A DNA stretch of 64,000 nt from assembly GCA_964482725.1 (NCBI GenBank), contig CAYZYT010000009.1, positions 19,832-83,831 of the forward strand, written 5' to 3'. Below the pieces are notes generated by a model. That model was given only the letters and a program-made list of their open reading frames with translations, was not told the origin of the DNA and ran no database searches. A program made the translations under genes and the position numbers. This document shows positions 45,075-57,000 of the stretch, piece after piece (the first letter of the stretch is position 1; each line of letters begins with the position of its first letter). Source of the DNA: an uncultured bacterium. GTDB lineage: Bacteria; Omnitrophota; Omnitrophia; Omnitrophales; Aquincolibacteriaceae.

Positions 45075-48000
45075 ATGATCCAAAAAACATCTGCACACAA
45101 GACGCTCATTCCACGCTTTTTCCTCAAGGCGATCAGTCTGTTTACGGTAGTCGTTTTCCTCGGAACTTCCTTTCCGTCCCAGACTCTAGCGCAGATGCCT
45201 TCTACTTCCAATGTTACGGGAGGGATTGACGCCAGTCTTCTTGCCTCGGCCTCCGCCACAAGCGGAAAAGTGCAGGAGATCGTCATCCCTTCCGAACTTG
45301 GAACGATAAGCGAAGCTTATCGCGGGGAACGGGGAACGATGAACGTGGAACGTGGGGCCGAAAACGTTAGCCGTTCCCCGTTAGCCGTTCCCCGGCACGG
45401 CCGTATGGTCGTGCTGATCCAAGACGCTCACGCGGTTCCCGATGCCCAGAGGTCCGTTGAAAAACTGATCGAACATCTCCAGAAAGAATACGGCGTCACG
45501 ACCGTAGCGGTGGAAGGCGCGGAAGGGAAGCTGGACCCCACGCTTTTCCGCCTGTTTCCTGATGCGGAAAAAAGAAAAAGCATTTTTGAAGATTATCTTG
45601 CGAGCGGAGAACTTTCCGGCGCGGCGGCGGCAAGCGTGCTTTCGCCTTACACGGCGGACTATGTCGGGATGGAAGACTGGACGCTTTATCAGGACGGGGT
45701 AGCGGCGTTTCTGGCCGGCCTTGGAAAGCAGGTCGATCTCAAATCTCACATCTCAACTCTCAAATCGGAGCTGCAAAGGCTTAAAACAAAATACTATTCA
45801 GAGGAGGCGCTGGCATTTGATGCCAAACTGGGCGCATGGAATGAAAAACAGAATAATTTGACGGAGCTTTTGAGCTATCTTGCTAAGTTCGTCGAGGTCA
45901 ACGCGCAACGCACAACGCTCAACGTATTATTTGAGGCGTTGGCGCAAGAGAGGAAGGCTGCCCCGAAGCTTGAATCGGAAGTAAAACAGCTTGCCAAGTA
46001 TGTCCACGAGACTGCGCCGAGTGCGAAACTGAACGGACTGGTCCAGGATTACCGGACCGGGCGCTTATCCCTCGCGGCTTTTGCGTATGAGCTTACCGAA
46101 CTCATCTCTGGCAACAAGTCCGTCATTCTGAGCCCGAAGGGCGAAGAATCTCAAAAAAGAGATCCTTCGGTTTTGCCTCAGGATGACGTGAAGATTGTTG
46201 TTTCGGCTGAACTCCGATCGATCATCCAAAACCACGAAAAACTCGTTCAGATGAAAGGGCCTGCATTTATCAAAGAGCTGGAGGCTTTCGTGGAAGACGT
46301 CCGGGCAAAACTTCATACGACACCGGAAGCGAAGGCGGTTGCCGTGCTGGCCAAGCAGTTGCAGCTGCTGGAGAAGCTCTCAACGTTTGAATTGTCGCGG
46401 AGCGAATGGGAAGAACTACGAGCGGGGAACGGGGAACGGGGAACGTGGAACGGGGATGAAAGTATCGATATCTCCCAAAAAAGGATCCTCGATCTTTATC
46501 ACGCACCGCTTGTGGCCGATTTTCTTTCTTTTTATGAAATAGCAATTAAACGCGAAGCCGTTTTTAAGGAGAAGCTTTTTGACCTGTTAGGCGTTAACGT
46601 TTCCCGTTTCCCGTTACCCGCTCCCTACGCCACAAATTCTGTCGCATTTGTGGCGGGCGGCTTCCATACAGGCGGCCTCGCGGCGAAACTCAAGGAACAG
46701 GATATTCCCTATGTCGTCATCTCGCCGGCGATGAAAGAAGTGCCGCAGGACAATCGCTACTTTGAACATATGCAGGGCAAGGTGTCGTGGCGTTCTTACT
46801 TTAAACCGCATAGCGGACGGATTGATCTATTTGATGCCTTTAACCGTGCTACGACAGAAAAACTTTTAGGGGGTAGGGGACAGGGGATAGGCGATAGAAA
46901 ACTAAACCCTAAACCCTATACGCTATACGCTAAGGAATGGCGCGATTCGATCATCCGCAATCTTGCCGCCTCCGGCCGTGTTGCGGAACATGCAAAATAC
47001 ACACATTTCATTGACGAGCAAGCCGCCGGAAATTCCGAAGAGTTTCAGGGGCTCAAACAAACCTGGACCGCGAAACTTGAGCGATTCATCGAAAAACTGC
47101 AGTTCCTTGGTAAGAACAATCAGATCAACGAAGCGAATGTGGCGAAGTTGCTTTCTCAGCCAGCCAACCAGACGCCTTATGCGGTTCCCCTGGTTCCGGG
47201 TGCGACCATTCCCGAAAGCTTTTCAGGAGGTGAACGTGCAACCCACAGGGGCTGGACAGAAAGCGTTCTGACGGACAACGCGCAGCGAGAAATACGAAAA
47301 CCTGAAGCGTTGACCCCTGACCGTAAAACGTTGCCTGCGGCCCAAGGCCGACGTTCCGAGGTGAGAATCTCAGGGGCGAGTCGAGCTGGGGAGAATCTCG
47401 CCCATGATGTGCGTCCGCAAGTTTCGATTGTCATTGAAACGACGCTCAGGGATGAGGTTTTTTTGAACCAACTCGAGAAATATTTTTCCTCGGAGAAGAG
47501 TTCGGAGATCAACAAACAAGTGATCATCGCCGTCGACGGGCGCAGTCAAGCGCTTCAACGCGAACGTTTTGAAAAGCTCAAACGACTGATCAGAGGATTT
47601 GATCCCGAGAAATCAGTTTCCCATGTCCAGTTCGTGCTCGTTCCCGGAACGGGGGCCGTGGGACAGGGGATCCGGAACGGGATTGCCGTTTCGACCGGGG
47701 ACGTCGTTGTTTTGGCAGATGATCGCGCGCCGCTAGACGACGAGATCTATCTTGCTTTGGCGTCACCCGTTCTTCAGAAAAAATCAGAGGCAGTCTATGA
47801 TGCGTCCGGTCTTTACTCGGCGATCAAAACGCGGACGATGAAAGAAGTGCGGTGGAGCAAACGCGGGCCTTTCAGAGACGCAGAGATCAAAGCCAAATTT
47901 GAGCGTCTTGCTTATAAAGCTCAAGTATCTTCCGTTTTATCGTCCGAAGAGCAGGCGCGTATTTCTGCTCGCCCAGGTGTCTCAATTTTCGAGCGCGTTC

Positions 48001-51000
48001 GTGGTGTGCTGGTCCAGGCCTTTTACTCTTTTATCCCCCCTCGGAGTTTCTACTACGGCCAATACGAATTTGAGAAGTCCATGGAAGCCATGGCGAGATT
48101 GCCGCGTCTTGCTGAAGGCGAGAAACGAAAAGTGAGCGTTGTTATTTCTTCGCGGAGCGGAAAACGTTTTTTTTCACCCAACGAGGAAGACGAAGGTCAG
48201 GATGCCTTGCGGGTTAAAGTAGAACAATTGCAGACACTCTTTGCGCTGAATGCTTCCTATGAATGGGAGCTTGTGATCGTTGATGATGCGAGCCCGGGCG
48301 GAAAAACGGGTGAGCGGATCGCTCAAAAAGCCAAGGAACTTTTTCCGGAGTTTTTCCGGTCCGGTAAGATCCGCATTATTTTTTCGAAGGATAAAAAAAG
48401 CCAGAAAGGCGGCGGCATCCTTTTTGGAATGAAGGATGCTCTGAGTCGCAGCGCGGATTATCTGGTTTATACCGATGTCGACCTTTCGGCGGATCTAAGG
48501 CTCATCGGGTCGCTTTTGGAGCCGATCGTTTCCACCGGCGTCGGGATCACGATCGGTTCTCGCGGGCATCCGCGTACCCGGATCATCGGTAAGGGTTCTT
48601 TCCGGAATATCTCAAGCGTCATTTATAATTCTCTGGCGCGTTTTATCCTTCCTATCGGAAAGATCCGAGATACGCAGGCCGGTTTCAAGGCTTTTAGCCG
48701 CGAGACAGCATTGGCGATCGTTCCCGAAGCAAAAGATGTCGGGTTTTCATTCGACACGGATCTTTTGCTCTTGGCGATGGAAAAAGGTTACAAGGTCGAA
48801 GAAATACCCGTTTATTGGAAAGACAGTCAAGTCGGCACTTCCGTGTCCGTCTATTTGTGGGCGCTTCACATGACGACGGGTCTTCTCGAGCAGCGCATTC
48901 GCATGTCCGAACGTGTCTTGGCGCGCCCCGGCATCCAGCCTCGTGCAGTGTTATCGATTCTGGTGTCCCGTGCTGCCATCATGGCGATCCGTGGTATCCA
49001 GAGCTTTATTCGAGCTTACCGACGCGTGAAATCTCTTATACCGGATCGGCCGTCTTTTAAGGCCGTGCCTGTCCCCGGGGCATTCGAGCTCCATGAAGCG
49101 GTGCTCGACAAGCGAACGACTCAGGAATTCTCAGAGAAGGCTCGTGTGATCGTAAGCCAGGCGGGCAAGAATCTTGCCGGTTTCCGAGAACGGATTGCGA
49201 GCATGGACGTGAAAACAAAAACAGAACAAGGACTCGGGAATCGCACCCCTGTGACCGAGGCCGACGAGGCTTTGCAACGATTTATCGTCTCAGAAATTCA
49301 GAGGGTTTTCCCGGGACATTTTGTTATCGCGGAGGAAAAAATCGAGGATGAGATCCTCCGTAAAAATAGGGAAAACGAAAACTCGGACTATGTCTGGATC
49401 CTTGATCCGATCGACGGGACCAAAGAATTCCTCAATCCCGGAAGTGATTATTATGGGATTTCCCTGGCACTCTACTACAAAGGGTTGCCGGTGCTTGCCG
49501 TCGTTCACTCCCCGCATTTTGGGATGATCGAGACCTCCTCAGAGCGTAGCGGCGTTTATCTGAACGGAGAGCCGGTGCGTGTCCGCCAAGAATCTTCGAT
49601 ACGGGACCGTCATGTGGTGATTGACGATGCTCCGCAGAAAATACTCGGTTCCATTCTTGCCGTGGGGAAGGGATGGAAATCCGTTTCTCACAACACCCGT
49701 TCCGTGGTGTTGAATCTGGTGGGGATGGCCGCTTCAGGCCAAGACGCGATGGCGCCGGATCTTTTTTGGAAAGGCGGTGATCGCGGGCCTTTGCTTTGGG
49801 ATATTGCCGCGGCAAGTTATCTTCTCAAAAAAGCGGGGGGGATTGCGTTCAGCGTTGAACAAGGGAGGGTCGTTGAAGTCGAACAAGCGATCCGTGAGAC
49901 GATCCTTGATCCGGCCCAACGAGGCAGGCATTTTTCTGTTTTGGCGGGCACGCCGGAGGCCGTCCTCGCAGCGGCGAATGCTTTGCAGAGGAACCTTGGC
50001 GGAGGTATGTCCCAGAGCACGAAATCTCAGGATCTTGTCGTCGAACGGGTGACCGCGGATCAAAAAATCAGCGCGGTGCACTTCCACTACGATTTTGAAA
50101 TACCCGGAAACCAGATCGCTTTTCCGATCGGTCATGCGGTAAAACCGCAGGCCCCGGTGCTCCTGCAATTCAAGGAAGGATCTTTTGTTTTTAAAAAAGT
50201 CAGCGATTCTCGTTCGCGCGCCCAATACGTGGTGTCTTATCAGAAGGCATTAAAGCAAAGCGGCCTTCTTTCGGTGCCTGGGCTTATCCCGCTCAAGGGA
50301 CGGGCGGGGCAAGCTGCGGATGATTTCCTGGTCGAGCTTTCGGACGGTTATTACGCGCTCGAGGAAGCGCTTCTCCAGGGCTTGGAGATCTCCTATGCGA
50401 AAGCCAATCTAAAACAATTTGAGGATCTTGGCGCGTTGATCGCGGTATTCCATAATACTTCCGAGGGTTTTGAGCTGGAGGGGAAGAAGAGTGAAAATCC
50501 TCTCATCGCGATCGTTGATCGGCAGAAGGATTTTGAAACGTTGGGGATCGCGCTCCGAATTAAAGAACTCATGAAGGGGACGGCGCATCTTGCCCGGGGT
50601 GAGAAACTCTTCCTTAAGAACTATCCGATGCTCATCTCCCAACTCGAGATTCTGCGAGCCCATCTTCCGGGCTCCCGATACGACGCACTTCCGAAGGCGT
50701 TCGTGCCAGCGGATTTGAGCCTCCACAATATGCGGTTTTCCGGGGATGGGAGTTCCGCGCTTTCAGTCTACGATTTTGGCAAGCTGCGCTATCAACCGCG
50801 TCTTGAGGACCTGAAAAATCCAGCCATGTCCCTCGGGCCTGAGAAGGGAAGGACTTATAATCTGGATGTTTTAAATGCGATTGTTCGGGGATACCAGTCG
50901 GCGGCGCGCGAGCCTCTCACGGCAGAGGAGCTTGAGGCCTTGCCGGAATTTATCCGCGGAACTTTTCTCTGGCAATATGCGGGATGGTTTTTTCTTGAGA

Positions 51001-54000
51001 TGGCCAAGCTGAATACCGACGATGCGGTCTACGATCAAGCCGTGGATCTTTTTCAGTATTTCGGTCGGGTTGCGCATGATTTTCCGGCGGGTCCTCCGTC
51101 TCCTTCTTCAGCCGAAGGCCGCCGTTCCGAGTTGCGGAAGGGCGAGGATGTTCTTCTCCCGGAAGTTTCGGCGGAAGGGAAGTCTGAAATTGAAAAATAT
51201 CTTTCCGGAAAAACGCTCATTCATTCTGTTTTTGAAGGGGGCGGGGCGAAAGGGGTGGCCTATGTCGGCGCTTTGGAAGAGCTGGAATCGCAAAACATGT
51301 GGTTTAAGGAAGTGGCCGGCACCTCGGCCGGGGCGATCACGGCGGCTTTGATCGCGGCCGGGTATACGTATCCCGAGATCAAAAAGATCGTTTTTGAATC
51401 CGACTTCAACCAGTTCAAGGACTTGCGGTGGGGGATCGTTCCGCCTTGGCTCAATCTCATGGTCTTTGGGGGCTTGTACCGCGGCCTCGCGTTTGAAAAA
51501 TGGATCGCCGAAAAACTGAAGGACAAGCTCGGCTTTGAGCCGGTGTTCAAGGACCTTCCCATTCCGCTTTCGGTCGTCTCGAGCGATATTTCCAACAAAG
51601 ACATGCTGATCCTCGATAAAGATACGGCGCCCGACCTCAAGGTCGCGGAAGCCGTGCGTATGTCGATGGGCATTCCGTTTTTCTTTGAAGTTTACCGCTG
51701 GCTTGGGGCTTATAAGCGCTTTCCGCTTGCGGTGCGTCGCATGGTCGACGGGGGGCTCCTAAGCAATTTCCCGCTTTTTATTTATGACGAGGCGGGAAGC
51801 AAGGGGGAACCGGTCGTCGGTTTCATGCTTCAGGAAATTCCGCACAAGAAAGAAGCCTCAAAAGGCTGGATTAGCAAGCTGCTGGCTCTCCTGAAATATC
51901 TTCCGGCGTTTCACATAGCCTCGGCTGTGATCGAAACGGCGCTCCAGGGTCAGGACAACCGTCATATTGAAGATGATGTGTGGGCCAAGATCGTCAATAT
52001 TCCGGTCGATGTTGGGACTTTGGATTTCGATCTGACGCTTGCGCAAAAAGAAGAATTGGCGGCACGCGGCAAGGAAGCCACCCGGAAGATCCTCGGACTT
52101 GCGCTTCGCGGTGAAAAAGGGAAAGATTCTGAAGTTTCGGTTGCTTCAATTCGATCCGAAGTAAGGGGAAAGAGTGCTCCGGATGCGATCACCGGCCGTC
52201 GGATCCCTGTTTCCAAGCAGCTGCTCCTTCCGGATTGGGCGCGGGGTTTTATTGATGCCCGTCAGGGAAATCAATACAGAACGCCAGACGAGCGCATGGC
52301 CGTGGCCGTGGAGTTGTCACGGCTGAATGTCGAGAACCATACCGGGGGACCTTTCGGGGCCGCGATCTTTGAGCGCGAAAGCGGGCGTCTCTTTGCCATC
52401 GGCGTCAACCGCGTGGTGCCTCAAAACAACTCGATGGCTCATGCCGAAATGATGGCATTCGTGATGGCACAGGCCCGCCTGAGAAAATTCACTCTCGACA
52501 GGCCGGGGCCGGGACTTGAACTCGTCACCAGCGCACAACCTTGCGCCATGTGTTTCGGAGCGACGCCGTGGTCGGGGGTCAAGAGCGTTGTGATTGGCGC
52601 GCGTGGGGAAGATGTGGAAAGCATCACGGGTTTTGATGAAGGTCCAATCCATCCGGAGTGGCAGAAGGAACTTGAAAGCCGCGGGATCTCGGTTCAACGC
52701 GATGTATTGCGTGATGAAGCGATCGCGGAACTGCGCAGCTATGTCGAACAGAACGGCGTGGTCTATAACGGCCGCTTATCGGCGGCTGAATCAGTGGATG
52801 ATAAACAGGAAGTGAAGTCTGATGCCTCTGTCCGATCGGCATTGGAACCCAATCCCACAGGGACTTCACAAAACGCCGTGTTCCAAACGCTTCGGCAGGA
52901 ACATGCGGACGGTAGGGATTCTCAAGAATCCCACAGACCGTACTTGGCGGAAGGACCGACAAGTAATGGTTCTGTCCGATCCGAAATCCGGAAAATGTGG
53001 GTCAAGGTCGCCGTGGCAGTCGCGGCGGGTGGACTGCTCGTAAGCGGGGCTTTTTTGCTCGACTCTTTTTTGAAGACCTTTCTGACGATCCTTTTTGTCG
53101 TGAATCCGATCGGTTCGGCCGTCACATTTGTTTCGATGACCGGGGAAATGAAGGATGCGGGGAAGCGGGAAAGCCTTTCCAAAAAGTCGCTTATTGCCGC
53201 CACAGCGGTTGGGGCGTTATTCCTTTTTTCCGGCAACCTCCTTTTTGATTTTATGGGGATCACGCTCGGAACCTTTATGATCGCCGGCGGGGCGCTTCTT
53301 TTCACGATTTCCCTCACTTCTTTGACAGCTTCGACGAGCGACAAAAGGGTCGATCCAAACGAGATGGGAGTCGTTCCTCTGGGTATCCCGCTTATCGTCG
53401 GTCCTGCGACGCTTACGACTTTAATGATCCTCCGGGGCCAATACGGCTGGCCGGTCGTGATCGCCGCTTTCCTTGCGAACATGTTCCTGACGGCCATGCT
53501 TTTCCGTTATTCCGGGAAAGTAATCGCTGTGCTCGGGAAGGAAGGCGCCAAGGTCATCGGCAAGATCTTTAATCTGCTTCTTGCGGCGCTCGGCGTCACC
53601 TTGATCGTGAAGGGCCTTTTGACGGTTTTTCCTGGCCTTCATTCCGATACCGTGCGCCCTTTAAGTCTTCCGAAGGACAAGCCGGTCATTGAATCCTCAT
53701 CGCAACCAGGGGCGAATATCCGTTTTGAGCATGCCCGCTTCGATCTGCTGGCAAAGCAGTCTGGATCCGTTCCGCCATCTCGTTCGGAGGTTAGAGAAAA
53801 TACTTCCGCTGACTTTCAGGAGCTGTCCATTCACAAAGGGAAGCAGGTCTCGGAGATTTTGCGTGCGATGGGCCGGCTCGATCATACCAAGGTCTGGGGA
53901 GTGACAAGCCGCGGCGTTCTGCAGATCAGCTGGGGGGACTGGATCGAGCATGAAATGAACAATGCCATGCAGCTTCTTCTTTCCGGCATGGATCTTTATC

Positions 54001-57000
54001 TTCTGGGATGGGGAAAGGACAATCTAGTCACAGCCCGGGAAGGCTGGGACAAAGCGGAAGATTTTTTGATGATCCACAAGGCGTGGCGGGAGGCGGTTCG
54101 AAATAATTTTTCGGAAGTGATTCCGAAGGTTCATTCCCCCGTGGCCGGAAGCTCCCGGGAGCTGGCTTTGGATCGAATCGAGCAGCCCTACTATTTTATG
54201 CGCACGGTTTTTATCGACAGTCCGGACGCCGAAAATAACCGGGAACTCTACATCAGATTTGTGGATCGCCTGGAAAATGTCTTGATGTGGTTTGGAGGAC
54301 AGGTTGCCCAGGAAGTAGACAAGTACGAAAAGGCGAATGGCCCGCTTTCTCCTAAGGGAGCCGAATTATTTTCCGATTCCAGGAAGGGCCGTTCCGAAGT
54401 GCGGGATGATAAGCCGTTAGCTTCAAAAACAGTCAGGCTTCAGATTCCTAAGGGCATATTCAAAAGTATGGCGCAGCAGCCGGCAGGCGAACCTTCCAGA
54501 CCGGATACCGCGGTTGCTGGACCCGGTCCGGAACAGGCAGAAAAATCCCTCAAGAAAAGGGCTGTAAAGTCCACGCCGCTTATCGAGAGTCTCCGCGGGT
54601 ATTACTCAGCGAGAGAGAAAATGCTCAAGGCGATCAAGCAGGGAGACAGCCTGGTTTATGAAGAAAACCTCTTCGCCATGGCGAAATTTTCCCGGGAGAC
54701 GGTAAGCCTGGACAAAAAGAAATCCGCGATCGAGGATGCCGTCGAAGAACTCAGGACGTCGGGGGAAGAATCTTTTAAAACCGAGCTGATCGGCGACGGC
54801 CTGGAGATCACGCGCGTCCTTTCCGATGAATTTTCTTCCGTCGAAAAAGAACAACTGAGTCAGGCTTACGGTGAGTTTCTGCAGGCGCTCGGCTACGATG
54901 CCGTGAATCGTGAGACGCTTGTCCGCGAACTGATGCTGATCACGTATCCGCTGACGTTGATGGACCTCATGCCGAAGAGTATCAAGGATTTCCAGACGAA
55001 GCCGCGCGCCCTCATGGATGTTTTTCAGGCATTTGAGTCCGTCGCCTTCGCCGAAGGGCGCGGGGCTCTCGGGGCTTTGATCGGCGGCGACGTTCTGGAC
55101 CATGACCTTGGCATCCATTTGATCAAGCAGGACGACGAAGTCCTGCTCCGATCTGTCGCGCTGCATGAAGTGACCCATTATCTCGCCCGGAAGAATCTCC
55201 TACCTTTCGATGTTTCAAGCGAGATCATCACGCAGGCTGTGACGATGGTCATTCTCTTTCACGGTATGCCCTACAAAAAAGCCGTGACCGCTTTCGAAGG
55301 CTTCGGCAGTCTCTCAAAGGAGATCGTGGAGCAGGCTAAGGAGGATGTCCGGAAGAAAAGACGCCTCATGGAGCCTGAAGAACTGATGGACTGGGTCCAC
55401 AAAATGATCGTGCTTCATAAGCCGGAGCTCTTGCACGCGCCTCAGGACGCTTTCCGGGACATGCAGGAAAGATTCGCCGGCATGTATTTGGGGGCGTACG
55501 GCTTTTTTGTGACCGAGAATAAATCAGAAAGCGATTCGCTCCGGTACGTGATCCATTACGGTTCGAAAAATTTGCCGAAGGTGAATCACGCGGACTATTC
55601 AAGGAAGCTGTCTTCCAGGGATTGGGAATACATCCATAAAGTGCTGGCTCGCCTCCAGGCGATCGCCGAGGTCATTTTGCAGGAGGACGGGATCAAGTTT
55701 ACCGCGCGTCTCAAGAAAGATATGCGGAATATGGCGGGGGTGCGGTGGTACTACAATCAGGAAGAACACACCTTCTATTATGTGCCCTGGGATATTCTGG
55801 AATACGGGGAAGAAGGCTCGGAGGGGATGCTTCTCACGGAGCTTTTCCGGCAGATGTATTCCCGCATGGAATTTATTGAGGGCGACTACGACACTCCGGA
55901 GTTCCGTCTCCTTTACGGTCTCCTGGATACCCACCGGGTGGTCGGGGAAGGGATCAAGGAATTCTCGGGCCGCGAAGAGGCTGTTAAGAAATTCTTCGAA
56001 AAAAAGATCAGGATCCTCAACCTCGAAACGGAAAAAGAGCGGATGGCGCAAAACCCGCTTTTTGTCCAGTTCTCGGAAGGTGTCTTCTATTATCTCGCGA
56101 CTGATTTTGCTGAATCCTCCGCGAAGAACGATCCCCGCATTACGAACGCAAAGGTCCTTTATGCCCTAACGGAATCTTATCCCGCTATTTTGCAGGCCAC
56201 CGCTCTGAAGGATGAGAAATTCTATCAATGGATCCGCGACGAGATCTGGCCGCATGTGAAGCCGCTGATCGATGAGGATCTCAAAAAACTGTTCGATGAA
56301 ATGATGGAAGATGAAATGCTTCGCCAGCTTCTCGAAGAGCAGATGAAAGAAGGCGGTGAAATGCCGGATATGCCGGGGATGCCGGGCATGCCCGGGATGG
56401 GACAGGGCAGGGGCGAGGGAAATACCCAGGCCGGAGATCTTGATCCCGAGATGAAGGCTAAGCTCCAGAAGATGCTGAAAGAAAAACTTGCCTCGATGAC
56501 CCCCGCCGAACGGGAAGCTTTCCTCAAGAAGGTCAAAGAAGCTTATCAAAAACAGCTCCGCAAACAGACCGATCAAATGTCGGATGTGACGGGACAGACG
56601 CCGAGCTCAATGCAACCCGGCGTCGGCCAGCCGTCGCCTGAGCAGGTCAAGGCCGGTCTTTCCCAGGTCGCGAACGCGCTTCGCGGTCTGGCGGATCAGG
56701 TGGAAGGTATCAAGGGCAATGCCGGAGAGATCAGCTCTTCTGCCGGCCAGGCGTCCCAGGGCGCTGCCGGTGTTTCAGAACAGGCGGATACTTTGAGCGC
56801 GAAGCCCGAGGAAATGTCGAAGGGAGCTATGCAGCCCATGGATCAATCTTTGGGCGGTTTGATGGACAAGATCAAGGCCCTGCGGGAAAAAACTTTCGAG
56901 TTCAACCGCAAGGCCCGTGAGATCGACGATCAGGCCAATGCTTTCGGAAACATCGGGGATGCGGTCCAGGATCAAATGAAACAGCTCCTGGACCATGCCG

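Noticed and set aside
52833-52847. RSALE, plus RAEAL (231), RSEES (1131) and QAEMR (63918), as additional delimiter motifs
   Set aside because: They are only partial matches. They may be decayed sites but were not counted among the 19.
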